DNA of 64,000 nucleotides from Mediterranea sp. (GTDB lineage: Bacteria; Bacteroidota; Bacteroidia; Bacteroidales; Bacteroidaceae). The stretch lies in NCBI GenBank assembly GCA_031261785.1, contig JAISIZ010000094.1, positions 1,471-65,470 of the forward strand. The letters are read 5' to 3'. The notes beneath the pieces are model-generated. The model ran no database searches and was not told the origin of the DNA. It saw only the letters and a program-made list of their open reading frames with translations. The position numbers and the translations under genes were made by a program. Below are positions 20,141-31,105 of the stretch, piece after piece. Positions within the stretch are counted from its first letter, which is position 1. Each line of letters starts with the position of its first letter.

Positions 20141-20250
20141 AGAATTCCTGGCTTCATCACTTTTCCCCGCCATCGCATAGCGTGCATGGATAATCAATCA
20201 CTTACTGTCCGTGTCGTCGTGAGCGAATCTTCGCTGACCGGCGAAGAGCT

Positions 20251-20302
20251 TACGCGCCGCATGGAGATTTCGCAGGGGCGACAAATTTCAATCGCGGATT
20301 CG
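20251..20302 (+). repeat. Dispersed ~52-bp non-coding element, copy 1
   Basis: 45/52 identical to the reverse complement of 58904..58955, with a 24-bp perfect core CGACAAATTTCAATCGCGGATTCG. Confidence 0.9.
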
Positions 20303-20422
20303 TGAGAAGCGGGAAGCCCAGACTTTTGTAATCAGATTTCGGGAATGGAGAAAAAAGCCCGGGCTTTTGTAATCATACTTCGTGCATGAAGAAAAAAGCC
20401 CGGGCTTCTCGTCCCACGCGAA
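20300..20422. repeat. Three degenerate 41-bp tandem units with palindromic core AAGCCCGGGCTT
   Basis: Cores start at 20314, 20355 and 20396 (exact 41-bp period). Confidence 0.8.
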
Positions 20423-20446
20423 CCCGCGTGAAACATTTCGCTCATT

Positions 20447-22078
<1,632 letters not shown>

Positions 22079-22155
22079 AATTCTTGTACTTTATTACGTT
22101 CTCTATATTAACGATTTACGTTGTTTCTTTGTTTCTTTCCCGCGAAGATACTCAT

Positions 22156-24147
22156 TTACCCGCCCACCTGTTCCATGCGGGCGATTAATTCGTCGCCCAG
22201 GGCGGTCTTCACCTCGATATGGCGCAGCACGGCGGTGACGAAGGGGTTGCTCTCGAAGTCGCCTCGCACTTGCTCGAAGTCGAGCTTCATCTCGTCGTGC
22301 GAGCCGTCGGCTCCGAAGCCCGTCATGGAGGAGAGGGAGAACTCCTTCTTGGCGTCCTCGTAGATCAGCTTGTCGAGCTTCACCACCGCCTCTTTCCAGG
22401 CGCGCACGATGGCGATCACGTCCTTGGCCGTGACGCGCTCGGGTTCCAGTCCGTAGAATTCCCCGATCTTGGCGTAGGCCCATGTCCATTCGTAGGTGTA
22501 GTAGTTGGCGTGCATCCGTTCGAAGGCGGCGTTGATGCCTTTCAGCTGGTTGATGTTTCCGTTCTCTATGCCGTCGAGCAGGCGGTCTACCTCGCTCTTG
22601 GGGGCTATCAGTCCCGAGATGTCGACCCATTCGCCCAGCCCGATCTCCGTGTCGGGGCGCAGGCGTCGGCGTATCTCCTCGTCGCTTTGGAAGAGGGTGC
22701 CCTCCAGGCGCTTGATGATGGAGTTGCCCAGGAACTTGTTGATAGCTATCTCGTAGAAGGCGACGCCTTTGTTCAGTGCCGAGTTGCGTATCTTGGCGCT
22801 TTGGTAGGAGTATATCTCCGACGTCTCGCCCGACACCCGTTTCAGCTCCTTCAGCAGGTGGCGTCCGGCGAACATCTTTTGTATGGTGTAGGGGCTTAGC
22901 AGGTTGTAGTTGATGTAGTCCAGCCGGTTGGGGTCGGTGCGCTTGTCGCGCTTGGGCCACTTCTGCGCGTCGCGGATGGTGCCCACGCTGCGCAGGTTCA
23001 CTCCCGGCACGAGGTAGGTGGTGTTGCGGTCCTCGATGAGGTAGGAGAAGGGGAGGTTGGAGGTGTCGGCGTGGTTGACGTGGCGTCCCATTACCAACGA
23101 GAAGGCCCCTACCCGTGCGGGCCACAGCACGTACGAGTCCGAGGTGGTTTTCGCTCCCCGTTCCAGCGTGCCTTGGTGTATGGGTCCGAGCTTGTACATG
23201 TGGTTGCTCTGGTTGGATCCCGAGCCGGCGTTCATGAACGAGAACATACCGGCGATGAGCAGGGTCGACTTGTGGTGCGTCACGGTGAATGGTCCCGCGA
23301 AGATGGCGCATGCCTCGCCGTTCTCGCCTTGGCAGTTGCTGAAGAAGAGCGAGTCGGAAGCCGAGTAGTTGTGTCCCAGCTTGCAGGCCTGTCCCACGAA
23401 ACAGCGGGTGAGCATCGTGCCGTCGTCGACGGTGGATCCCGACGAGATGATGAAGTCGTCGCAAATCACCCCGTGGCCGATGTAGACCGGTGCCTCGGCG
23501 TTGCTGTTGACGCTGCCGTTGGAGAGGCGGCTGGCTCCGTTGATACGGCAGCGGTCGCCTATGCGCACGGCTTTGATGGATCCGGTGTTCAGGATTGTCA
23601 CGTGGTGGCCGATGACGCCTGTCGCCGCGGCATGCTTGTTGGAGTAGAAGTCGGCTATCGCCTTCATCCGGCAGATCAGCTCGGGACGGTGCCGGTAGAG
23701 TGCCAGGATATAGGCTTGGTGCGCGGAGAGCTTGTCGTTGATAAGTACCTCGCGGCCTCCTGTCTCGTTGAGCACCGCCACCTCCACGCCGTTGCCGAAC
23801 GTGCTCATGCCATCTACCAGGATGGTGTCCACGTTCTCGATGAGCGTGTGGTCGCCAATCTCGTAGTTGGCGATATAGTTCTGCACGTTCTCGATGAGGC
23901 AGTTGTCGCCCACCGTCACTTGGTGCAAGGTGGCGTGACGTATGCCCGAATGTTTCTTCAGTCCTCCCGGCATCACGAACTCTGTCTCGAACACGCCCAG
24001 CCGTACTTCGCCCGAGAAGCGGGCATGGTGGACATACTCGCAGGTGAACCGCTTGTCCACCCTCACTTTTTCCCAGTCGTCGGCTTCGCACGCTTGGTTA
24101 GTCAGCCGAAGTTTCTCCGCTTCGGTCAGTTTACGGTATTCTTTCAT
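22156..24147 (-). CDS. DUF4954-family protein with left-handed beta-helix repeats (663 aa)
   Basis: Hexapeptide-like repeats; GPFTVTHHKSTLLIAG, GSGSNQSNHMYKLGPIHQG typical of the family (recall). Confidence 0.75.
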   Translation of the reverse strand: MKEYRKLTEAEKLRLTNQACEADDWEKVRVDKRFTCEYVHHARFSGEVRLGVFETEFVMPGGLKKHSGIRHATLHQVTVGDNCLIENVQNYIANYEIGDHTLIENVDTILVDGMSTFGNGVEVAVLNETGGREVLINDKLSAHQAYILALYRHRPELICRMKAIADFYSNKHAAATGVIGHHVTILNTGSIKAVRIGDRCRINGASRLSNGSVNSNAEAPVYIGHGVICDDFIISSGSTVDDGTMLTRCFVGQACKLGHNYSASDSLFFSNCQGENGEACAIFAGPFTVTHHKSTLLIAGMFSFMNAGSGSNQSNHMYKLGPIHQGTLERGAKTTSDSYVLWPARVGAFSLVMGRHVNHADTSNLPFSYLIEDRNTTYLVPGVNLRSVGTIRDAQKWPKRDKRTDPNRLDYINYNLLSPYTIQKMFAGRHLLKELKRVSGETSEIYSYQSAKIRNSALNKGVAFYEIAINKFLGNSIIKRLEGTLFQSDEEIRRRLRPDTEIGLGEWVDISGLIAPKSEVDRLLDGIENGNINQLKGINAAFERMHANYYTYEWTWAYAKIGEFYGLEPERVTAKDVIAIVRAWKEAVVKLDKLIYEDAKKEFSLSSMTGFGADGSHDEMKLDFEQVRGDFESNPFVTAVLRHIEVKTALGDELIARMEQVGG

Positions 24148-24261
24148 AAGATTTCTGTTTTTAAGTAGTCAAAATAGTTAAGTAGTTAGAAGCGGTTAGG
24201 TAGAGATGAACTGCTGATGGACAGTAAGTGACAGCGGCAGTATCCTACCTGGCTACTTGGA

Positions 24262-25536
24262 CTACTTCGATGGTTCATTATTCTCTTCTTCCTCATAGTT
24301 TTGGAACAAGAAGTCGTTGTAGGGATACTTTTGGACGTGCAGCTCCTTCACGCGGGCATAGACCACGTTCTTCAGCTCGTCGATGTTGACGCGGTCGCGG
24401 GCTGAGATGAATATGCAGTTGTCTTCCATCTTCGCCATCCACGTTTTCATCAGCTCTTCCAGTGTTAAGTTCTCTTTCGTTGGGGGGGTAAGGTCGTCGG
24501 GGTCTTTGCGCACGTAGGTGTACGCGTCTATCTTGTTGAACACGAGTATCATGGGCTTGCCGCCTGCGCCGATGTCGGCCAGCGTCTTGTTCACCACCTC
24601 AATCTGCTCCTCGAAGGCGGGATGCGAGATGTCCACCGTGTGCAGCAGCAGGTCGGCCTCGCGTACCTCGTCGAGGGTCGACTTGAACGAGTCCACCAGG
24701 TCGGTGGGCAGTTTGCGGATGAATCCCACGGTGTCGGACAAGAGGAACGGCAGGTTGTCGATGATCACCTTGCGCACGGTGGTGTCGAGCGTGGCGAACA
24801 GCTTATTCTCGGCGAAGACCTCGCTCTTGGCCAGTAGGTTCATCATGGTGGACTTCCCTACGTTGGTGTATCCCACCAGTGCCACGCGTATCAGCCTTCC
24901 CCGGTTCTTGCGCTGTGTCGTCTTCTGCTTGTCGATCTCCGCCAGGCGCTCTTTGAGCAGGGCCATGCGGCCGAGGATGATGCGTCGGTCCATCTCCAGC
25001 TGGGTCTCGCCGGGGCCGCGCAGTCCCACGGAGCCTTTGCCTCCTCCGGCTCCCGAGCCTCCGCCTTGTCGCTCGAGGTGCGTCCACAGGCGTTGCAGGC
25101 GGGGGAGCATGTACTTGTTCTGCGCCAGCTCCACCTGCGTCTTGGCGTTGGCCGTTTGCGCGCGCATGGCGAAGATGTCGAGGATGAGCGAGGTGCGGTC
25201 GAGGATCTTGATCTTCAGCTCGCCTTCGATGTTGCGGATCTGCTTGGGCGACAGCTCATCGTCGAAGATGACCATCCCCACTTCCCGTTCCGCCTCCTCT
25301 TCCTCCTTGATGTATCGCTTGATTTCCTCCAGCTTCCCTTTACCCACGTAAGTCACGGAGTTGGCCGTAGGCAGTTTCTGGGTGAAGCGTTTCACCACCT
25401 CCGCCCCCGCCGTCTCGGCCAGGAAAGCCAGCTCGTCGAGGTATTCGCCCGTCTTGCGCTCGTCCTGCGTCTGGGTGACGATGCCCACCAGTACGGCTGT
25501 TTCCGCCTTTGCTTCGGATATTACGAACTCTTTCAT
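24262..25536 (-). CDS. hflX: Ribosome-splitting GTPase HflX
   Basis: GYTNVGKS, FATLDTT, DTVGFI, NKID; -7 element TATCTTTG at 25576..25583. Confidence 0.97.
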   Translation of the reverse strand: MKEFVISEAKAETAVLVGIVTQTQDERKTGEYLDELAFLAETAGAEVVKRFTQKLPTANSVTYVGKGKLEEIKRYIKEEEEAEREVGMVIFDDELSPKQIRNIEGELKIKILDRTSLILDIFAMRAQTANAKTQVELAQNKYMLPRLQRLWTHLERQGGGSGAGGGKGSVGLRGPGETQLEMDRRIILGRMALLKERLAEIDKQKTTQRKNRGRLIRVALVGYTNVGKSTMMNLLAKSEVFAENKLFATLDTTVRKVIIDNLPFLLSDTVGFIRKLPTDLVDSFKSTLDEVREADLLLHTVDISHPAFEEQIEVVNKTLADIGAGGKPMILVFNKIDAYTYVRKDPDDLTPPTKENLTLEELMKTWMAKMEDNCIFISARDRVNIDELKNVVYARVKELHVQKYPYNDFLFQNYEEEENNEPSK

Positions 25537-25602
25537 TCTTGCTTCTCTTGTTGTTTCTGAATGTCAATGCGGGCACAAAGATAAGGATAAAAGCTGATAG
25601 TT

Positions 25603-25636
25603 GGCGAGAGACAAGTTGACAACTTGTCTCCTTGCC
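25603..25636 (-). terminator. Stem-loop after the lpxA paralog / RND operon
   Basis: GAGACAAGTT-GAC-AACTTGTCTC perfect 10-bp stem (25608-25630) with an imperfect extension. Confidence 0.6.
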
Positions 25637-25639
25637 GGC

Positions 25640-26410
25640 TTACTTCACGATTCCTCGCCTGGAGTTCTTCACGAAGTCGACGATATTCACGATCTCCGGA
25701 CTCGTGGGCACTTGGTCTTCCACCTTCTGCACGGCGTCGTGTACGCTGAAGTTGCCTTGGTAGATGAGGCGGTAGGCGTTGGCGATGTGTCGCAGGATGC
25801 GCTCGTCCATGGCGCTCCGCGCGGCGAGCACCTCGGCGTTCACGCCGTGGTAGGACACCGGGTTGCCGGCCATGATGATGTAGGGGGGCACGTCCTTGGA
25901 GATGCGGCATCCGCTCTGCACCAGCGTCCACCGGCCGATGTGGCAATGCTGGTGGAGGATGACGTTTCCGCTCAGGATGACGTGGTCGTCGAGCGTGCAC
26001 CGTCCGGCTATGGTTGTGCCTATGCCCACCACGCAACAGTTCTTGATCTCCACGTCGTGGCAGAGGTGCGCCTTGTCCATGAGATAATTGTCGTTACCCA
26101 GCCGGGTGGCGTCGCCCGCCTTGGTGGCCCGGCTGATGACCACGTTCTCGCGGATGTCGTTATTGTCGCCGATGATGAGGTTGCTCTCCTCGCCGGTGTA
26201 TTGGAAATCTTGCGGCTCGGCGCCCAGCACGGCGTGTTGGTGCACTTTGTTGCCTTTGCCCATCCGCGTGCCTTTCAGCACGGCGGCGTAGGCCATGATG
26301 ACGCAGTCGTCGCCAATCTCCACATCCTTCTCGATATACGCGAAGGGCAGTACGGTGACGTTGTTCCCGAGCTTCGCTCCGGGGTCTACATAAGCTAATG
26401 GACTAATCAT
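25640..26410 (-). CDS. lpxA: LpxA-family acyltransferase (probable second paralog)
   Basis: Hexapeptide repeats, PQD, RENVVISR, HLCHD, HQH, DVPPY; last gene of the RND operon. Confidence 0.85.
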   Translation of the reverse strand: MISPLAYVDPGAKLGNNVTVLPFAYIEKDVEIGDDCVIMAYAAVLKGTRMGKGNKVHQHAVLGAEPQDFQYTGEESNLIIGDNNDIRENVVISRATKAGDATRLGNDNYLMDKAHLCHDVEIKNCCVVGIGTTIAGRCTLDDHVILSGNVILHQHCHIGRWTLVQSGCRISKDVPPYIIMAGNPVSYHGVNAEVLAARSAMDERILRHIANAYRLIYQGNFSVHDAVQKVEDQVPTSPEIVNIVDFVKNSRRGIVK

Positions 26411-26431
26411 AATATGTTGAGTGCTTTAAAG

Positions 26432-27826
26432 TTAATCGTTCCGTCCTCCACCCAAAGCCTGGTAGAGGTTGATGACGGCCTGCATCTGGTCGTACCTGTC
26501 GGATACCTCGGCGATTTGCGCGCTGAGGTAGGCCTGCTGCGCCGACAGGACCTCCAGGTAGGAGGAGGTGCCCAATTGGAACAGTTCCTTGGTATCTTCC
26601 GACGCCTTCTTCGAGGCCTTGACCTGCATGTCGCGGGCTTCGGCCTTCTCGCTGTTGCGTTGGTAGAGGCTCAGGGCGTTGCTCACCTCGCCGCCCGCGT
26701 TGAGGAGGGCTTGCTGGAACGAGTTGCGCGCCTGTTCCTCCTGCGCCTTGGCCATCTTCAGCTGGGCGATGTTGGCGCCGTGGGCGAAGAGGGGTTGCGT
26801 GAGCGAGGCGATGGCGCTGGCCAGGAACTTGGCGGGGTTGACGATGGCCGCCCCGGCGCTGTTGGTCCATCCGGCCGATCCGCTCAGCGTGATGTTGGGA
26901 TAGAAGTTGGAGCGTGCCACGTTGGTCTGATAGTAGGCCGCCGCCAGCGACATCTCGGCCACCCGCACGTCGGGGCGGTTGGCGAGCAGCTGCAAGGGCA
27001 CTCCGGCCGACAGTTCGCTGGGGAGTGTCTGCTCGTCGAGCGTACTCCGGGCGATGCTATGGGGAGCGTCGCCCAGCAGGATGGAGAGCGCGTTCTCCAC
27101 CTCGCGTATGTTCTGTTCCAGGTCGGGGAGGGAAGCCATCACTTGCGCGTAGGCCGCCCTGCTCTGTTCCACTCCCGCGGAGTTGATGCCGTTGATGGCT
27201 CCCTGCATCATGGCCTCCATCACTTCGGTGTTGCGTTTCAGCACGTCGGAGGTCTGCCGGGTGATGTCGAGCTGTCGGTCGAGCATCAGCAGGGTGTAGT
27301 ACATGTTGGCGATGTTGGCGATGATTTGCGTCTGCACGGCCTGGCGGTAGGCCTTGGCCTGTTCCAGGGCCGCTCCGGCTCCCCGTTTCTGGTTCAGCAG
27401 TCCGCCGAAGAGGGGGACTTGCCAGCTGGCGGTGACGGGCAGGGAGTAGGTCTTGGTGGCCGCGCTCCTGTCGAAGCTGCTGATGGTACCCTGCGGCGAG
27501 AGCGCCAGGCCCGGGATGAACGCCAGCTTGGCGGCCAGCAAGGGCGCTTGCGCCATCTTGACGGAGAGCATGGCGTTGCGCAGGTCGGTGTTGCGTTCCA
27601 GTCCCTGCTCGATGAGCGCCTGTAGTTGCGGGTCGGTGAAGACCTCCCGCCAGGGCGTGTTGCCGAAGTTCGTCGTGTCGGCCGCCAGCAGCGTGTCGGT
27701 CATCGACACGGGATCGCGGTACAGTCCCTCGGCGCTGATGCCGTCGGGCCTGTCGTACGACTTGTAGATGTGGCAACTGCTCAGTAGGGCGGTGGCGCAC
27801 ACCATATATAGGATTTGTTTTTTCAT
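26432..27826 (-). CDS. RND outer-membrane factor lipoprotein (OprM/TolC-like)
   Basis: Lipobox LLSSC, QLLANRPDV, SYLEVL, LYQALGGG. Confidence 0.95.
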   Translation of the reverse strand: MKKQILYMVCATALLSSCHIYKSYDRPDGISAEGLYRDPVSMTDTLLAADTTNFGNTPWREVFTDPQLQALIEQGLERNTDLRNAMLSVKMAQAPLLAAKLAFIPGLALSPQGTISSFDRSAATKTYSLPVTASWQVPLFGGLLNQKRGAGAALEQAKAYRQAVQTQIIANIANMYYTLLMLDRQLDITRQTSDVLKRNTEVMEAMMQGAINGINSAGVEQSRAAYAQVMASLPDLEQNIREVENALSILLGDAPHSIARSTLDEQTLPSELSAGVPLQLLANRPDVRVAEMSLAAAYYQTNVARSNFYPNITLSGSAGWTNSAGAAIVNPAKFLASAIASLTQPLFAHGANIAQLKMAKAQEEQARNSFQQALLNAGGEVSNALSLYQRNSEKAEARDMQVKASKKASEDTKELFQLGTSSYLEVLSAQQAYLSAQIAEVSDRYDQMQAVINLYQALGGGRND

Positions 27827-27850
27827 ACGTTCTATGTGCTATATCTCGTT

Positions 27851-30800
27851 TTATTTGGAATACTGTTCAATCTCGGGCTGGGCGTCCGTATTGTCGATAT
27901 CCTCCCATTCCATCGGGCTGATCTTCTCTTGCAGGTACTGGAAGACGACGAACAGCGCGGGTACGATGAATATCTGGAATACCATACCGATGAACATGCC
28001 TCCCACGGCCGTGGTGCCCAGCGTGCGGTTGCCGTTGGCTCCCACGCCGAAGGAGATCATCAGCGGGATCAGTCCGACCACCATGGCCAGCGAGGTCATG
28101 AGGATGGGTCGCAGACGGGCGCCGGCTCCGAGCACGGCGGCCCAGGTGATGCTCATGCCCATCTTGCGGCGATCGAGGGCGAACTCCACGATGAGGATGG
28201 CGTTCTTGGCCAGCAGACCCATCAGCATGATGAGGGCGATCTGCATGTAGATGTTGTTGGACATGGTGCCCAATATCATCTTCAGGGCCGCGATGTTGCC
28301 TATGGCGCTCATGCCGTTGACGAACAGGAAGCTTCCCATCAGTCCGAAGGGTACGGAGAGCAACACGGCGAGGGGCAGGATGTAGCTCTCGTACTGCGCG
28401 CTCAGCAGCAGGTAGACGAAGACGAAGCAGAGCAGGAAGATGATTCCCGTGGTGCTGCCGCTGGTCTCGGCCTCCTCACGGGCCATACCGCCCAGCTCGT
28501 AGCCGTAGCCGGTGGGCAGTTTCTGCTGCGCCACCTCTGCCAACGCCTTCAGGGCCTGGCCGGAGGTGTATCCCGGTGCGGGCGACACCATGACTTTCAT
28601 CGAGGTGTACATGTTGAAGCGGGTGATGATGTCGGGGCCGTACACGCGGTCGATGCTGACGAACTGCTTGATGGGCGCCATTTCGCCGGCGGCGTTGCGC
28701 ACCTTGATGATGTTGAGCGACTCGATGTTCTTGCGCGAGAGCGGGTCGGCCTGGATCATCACGCGGTACATCTTTCCGTAGCTGTTGAAGTTCGACGCGT
28801 AGAAACCGCCGTAGTATCCTTGCATGGTGAGCAGGATGTCGCTGGGGCTGATGCCCGCCTTTTTGCAGGCGGCGGCGTCGATGTCGATCATGTACTGCGG
28901 GTAGTTGGGGTTGAACGTGGTGGATGCCGAGCTTACCTCGGGACGTTCCATGAGCGCGGCGTTGTACTGGTTCACCACGTCGAAGAAGCGGTTCAGGCTA
29001 CCGCCCGTCTTGTCCTGCATGTTCATCTCGATGTCGGTCGAGGCTGAGTATCCGGGAATCATAGGGGGGGCGAAGACGAGTACCTGCGCCTCCTTGATAA
29101 CCTTCTGCGCCCGCATGAACAGCTCGGCGCCGATGATGGTGGAGCTTTGCGTCAGCTTTCGCTGGTCCCAGTCCTTGAGGCGGATGAACATGGAGCCGTA
29201 GTTAGGCCCTTGTCCGCCAATCATGCTGAAGCCCGACACTAAGCCGCGCGCCTCGACGGCGGGATCGGAAGCCACGAGGCTGTCGAGCCGGGCGAATATC
29301 CGCTCGGCACGGTCTTGCGAGGTGCCTGGAGGCAGTGTGACGGTGGCCAGCAGCGTGCCGGTGTCCTCGTTGGGCACCATACCCGTTGGCGTGCTCGTCA
29401 TGAACAACGCCAACACCACGATGGAGCCTACCACTAATCCTCCCACCAGCCACTTGCGCTGGATGACGAAGAGTACCCGTTTCTTGTAGCCCTTCAGTAG
29501 CCCGTCGTACTTGCGGTTGAACCAGTTGTGGAATCGCGCCACGGCCGAGACCTTCTGTCGCGAATGTCCTTCACCCTCCTTCGCGTGCGGTTTCAGGAAG
29601 ATGGCGCAAAGGGCGGGGCTTAGCGTCAGGGCGTTCAGTGCCGAGAGGCCGATGGCCACGGCCATGGTCAGGCCGAACTGTCGGTAGAAGACGCCGGCCG
29701 TGCCTCCCATGAAACTCACGGGGATGAACACGGACATCATGACGAGCGTGATGGAGACGATGGCGCCGCCCAGCTCGTGCATGGCGTCGATAGCGGCTTG
29801 CCTGGTGGAGGTGTAGCCCTGGTCGAGCTTGGCGTGCACGCCCTCCACCACCACTATGGCATCGTCCACCACGATGGCGATGGCGAGCACCAGGGCCGAG
29901 AGGGTGAGCAGGTTGATGCTGAAGCCGAATATCTTGAGCAGGAAGAAGGTGCCGACCAGGGCCACGGGGATGGCGATGGTGGGGATGAGCGTGGAGCGGA
30001 GGTCTTGCAGGAAGACGTAGACCACGAAGAACACGAGGATGAACGCCTCGATCAGCGTCTTCACCACCTCGTGTATGGAGGCGAAGAGGAAGTCGTTGGT
30101 GTTCATCGTGATGCCCACCTTCATACCGGCGGGCAGCTGCTTGGCCGTCTCGTCGAGCACCTTTTGTATGTTCTCGATGGTGACGGTGGCGTTGGTTCCC
30201 GCCATCTGGTACACGAGGCAAGTCACGGCCTTGTGGGCGTTGGTCTGGCTCATGAAGTTGTAGCCCTGGCGGTCAAGTTCAACCTTGGCCACGTCCTTGA
30301 GGCGGAGCACCTCTCCGTCGGGGAGCGACTTGATGACGATATTCTCGAACTCCTCGGGCTTTTGGAGGCGTCCCTTGTAGCGTATGGTGTACTGGAACGT
30401 CTGGTCGCTACGTTCGCCAAACTGTCCCGGGGCGGCCTCCACGTTCTGTTCGGCCAGCGCGTTGGTGACGTCGTTGGGCACCAGCTGGTATTGCGCCATG
30501 GTGGCGGGGTTGAGCCAGATGCGCATGGAGTAGTTCTGCCCCAGCACGTTGGCGTCGCCCACGCCCTGGATACGTTGCACCACGGGGATGAGGTTGATCT
30601 TGGCGTAGTTCTCGATGAAGGCGTCGGAATAGGTGTCGCTCTCGTCGTAGAGCGAGAACACCATCAGGATAGACGTCTGGCGCTTACGGGTGGTGACGCC
30701 CACCTTGGTCACCTCGGCGGGCAGCAGTCCCTGCGCCATGGAGACGCGGTTCTGCACGTTCACCGAGGCCATGTCGGGGTCGGTGCCTTGCTTGAAGTAA

Positions 30801-31078
30801 ATATCGATCTGTCCCACGCCGGTGTTGGAGGCGCTGGAAGTCATGTACATCATGTTCTCCACACCGTTGATCTGGTCCTCGAGCGGAGCGATGACGGAGT
30901 TCAGCACCGTGGCGGCGCTGGCTCCGGTATAGACGGCCTGCACGGAGACGGTAGGCGGCGCGATGTCCGGATACTGGGTGATGGGAAGCGTAAGCAAGCC
31001 GATTCCTCCCAGTATGACTATCAGGATGGAGATCACCGTCGATAGTACCGGGCGTTTAATAAATCTATCTAAGTTCAT
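27851..31078 (-). CDS. RND efflux permease (AcrB/HAE1 family)
   Basis: VDDAIVVVE, LLAKNAILIVEFA, RLRPILMTS (proton-relay D-D, K, T present). Confidence 0.97.
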   Translation of the reverse strand: MNLDRFIKRPVLSTVISILIVILGGIGLLTLPITQYPDIAPPTVSVQAVYTGASAATVLNSVIAPLEDQINGVENMMYMTSSASNTGVGQIDIYFKQGTDPDMASVNVQNRVSMAQGLLPAEVTKVGVTTRKRQTSILMVFSLYDESDTYSDAFIENYAKINLIPVVQRIQGVGDANVLGQNYSMRIWLNPATMAQYQLVPNDVTNALAEQNVEAAPGQFGERSDQTFQYTIRYKGRLQKPEEFENIVIKSLPDGEVLRLKDVAKVELDRQGYNFMSQTNAHKAVTCLVYQMAGTNATVTIENIQKVLDETAKQLPAGMKVGITMNTNDFLFASIHEVVKTLIEAFILVFFVVYVFLQDLRSTLIPTIAIPVALVGTFFLLKIFGFSINLLTLSALVLAIAIVVDDAIVVVEGVHAKLDQGYTSTRQAAIDAMHELGGAIVSITLVMMSVFIPVSFMGGTAGVFYRQFGLTMAVAIGLSALNALTLSPALCAIFLKPHAKEGEGHSRQKVSAVARFHNWFNRKYDGLLKGYKKRVLFVIQRKWLVGGLVVGSIVVLALFMTSTPTGMVPNEDTGTLLATVTLPPGTSQDRAERIFARLDSLVASDPAVEARGLVSGFSMIGGQGPNYGSMFIRLKDWDQRKLTQSSTIIGAELFMRAQKVIKEAQVLVFAPPMIPGYSASTDIEMNMQDKTGGSLNRFFDVVNQYNAALMERPEVSSASTTFNPNYPQYMIDIDAAACKKAGISPSDILLTMQGYYGGFYASNFNSYGKMYRVMIQADPLSRKNIESLNIIKVRNAAGEMAPIKQFVSIDRVYGPDIITRFNMYTSMKVMVSPAPGYTSGQALKALAEVAQQKLPTGYGYELGGMAREEAETSGSTTGIIFLLCFVFVYLLLSAQYESYILPLAVLLSVPFGLMGSFLFVNGMSAIGNIAALKMILGTMSNNIYMQIALIMLMGLLAKNAILIVEFALDRRKMGMSITWAAVLGAGARLRPILMTSLAMVVGLIPLMISFGVGANGNRTLGTTAVGGMFIGMVFQIFIVPALFVVFQYLQEKISPMEWEDIDNTDAQPEIEQYSK

Positions 31079-31105
31079 ACGAATCTTCTACGTTTGTGGG
31101 GTTGT

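Noticed and set aside
20186-20305. 39-aa small ORF MDNQSLTV...IADS
   Set aside because: It overlaps the dispersed repeat, whose other copy does not preserve this frame; no motif or promoter support.
20300-20422. 41-bp palindromic repeats read as a mini CRISPR array
   Set aside because: The units are degenerate, the sequence between cores is related rather than unique, and no cas genes are in the window.
22103-24091. 662-aa minus-strand ORF, and similar long alternative ORFs (e.g. 11248..12447, 27815..29047, 29777..31045, 58922..60763, 60613..61713)
   Set aside because: Alternate-frame or antisense shadows of well-supported genes, expected in high-GC3 DNA; no recognisable motifs.
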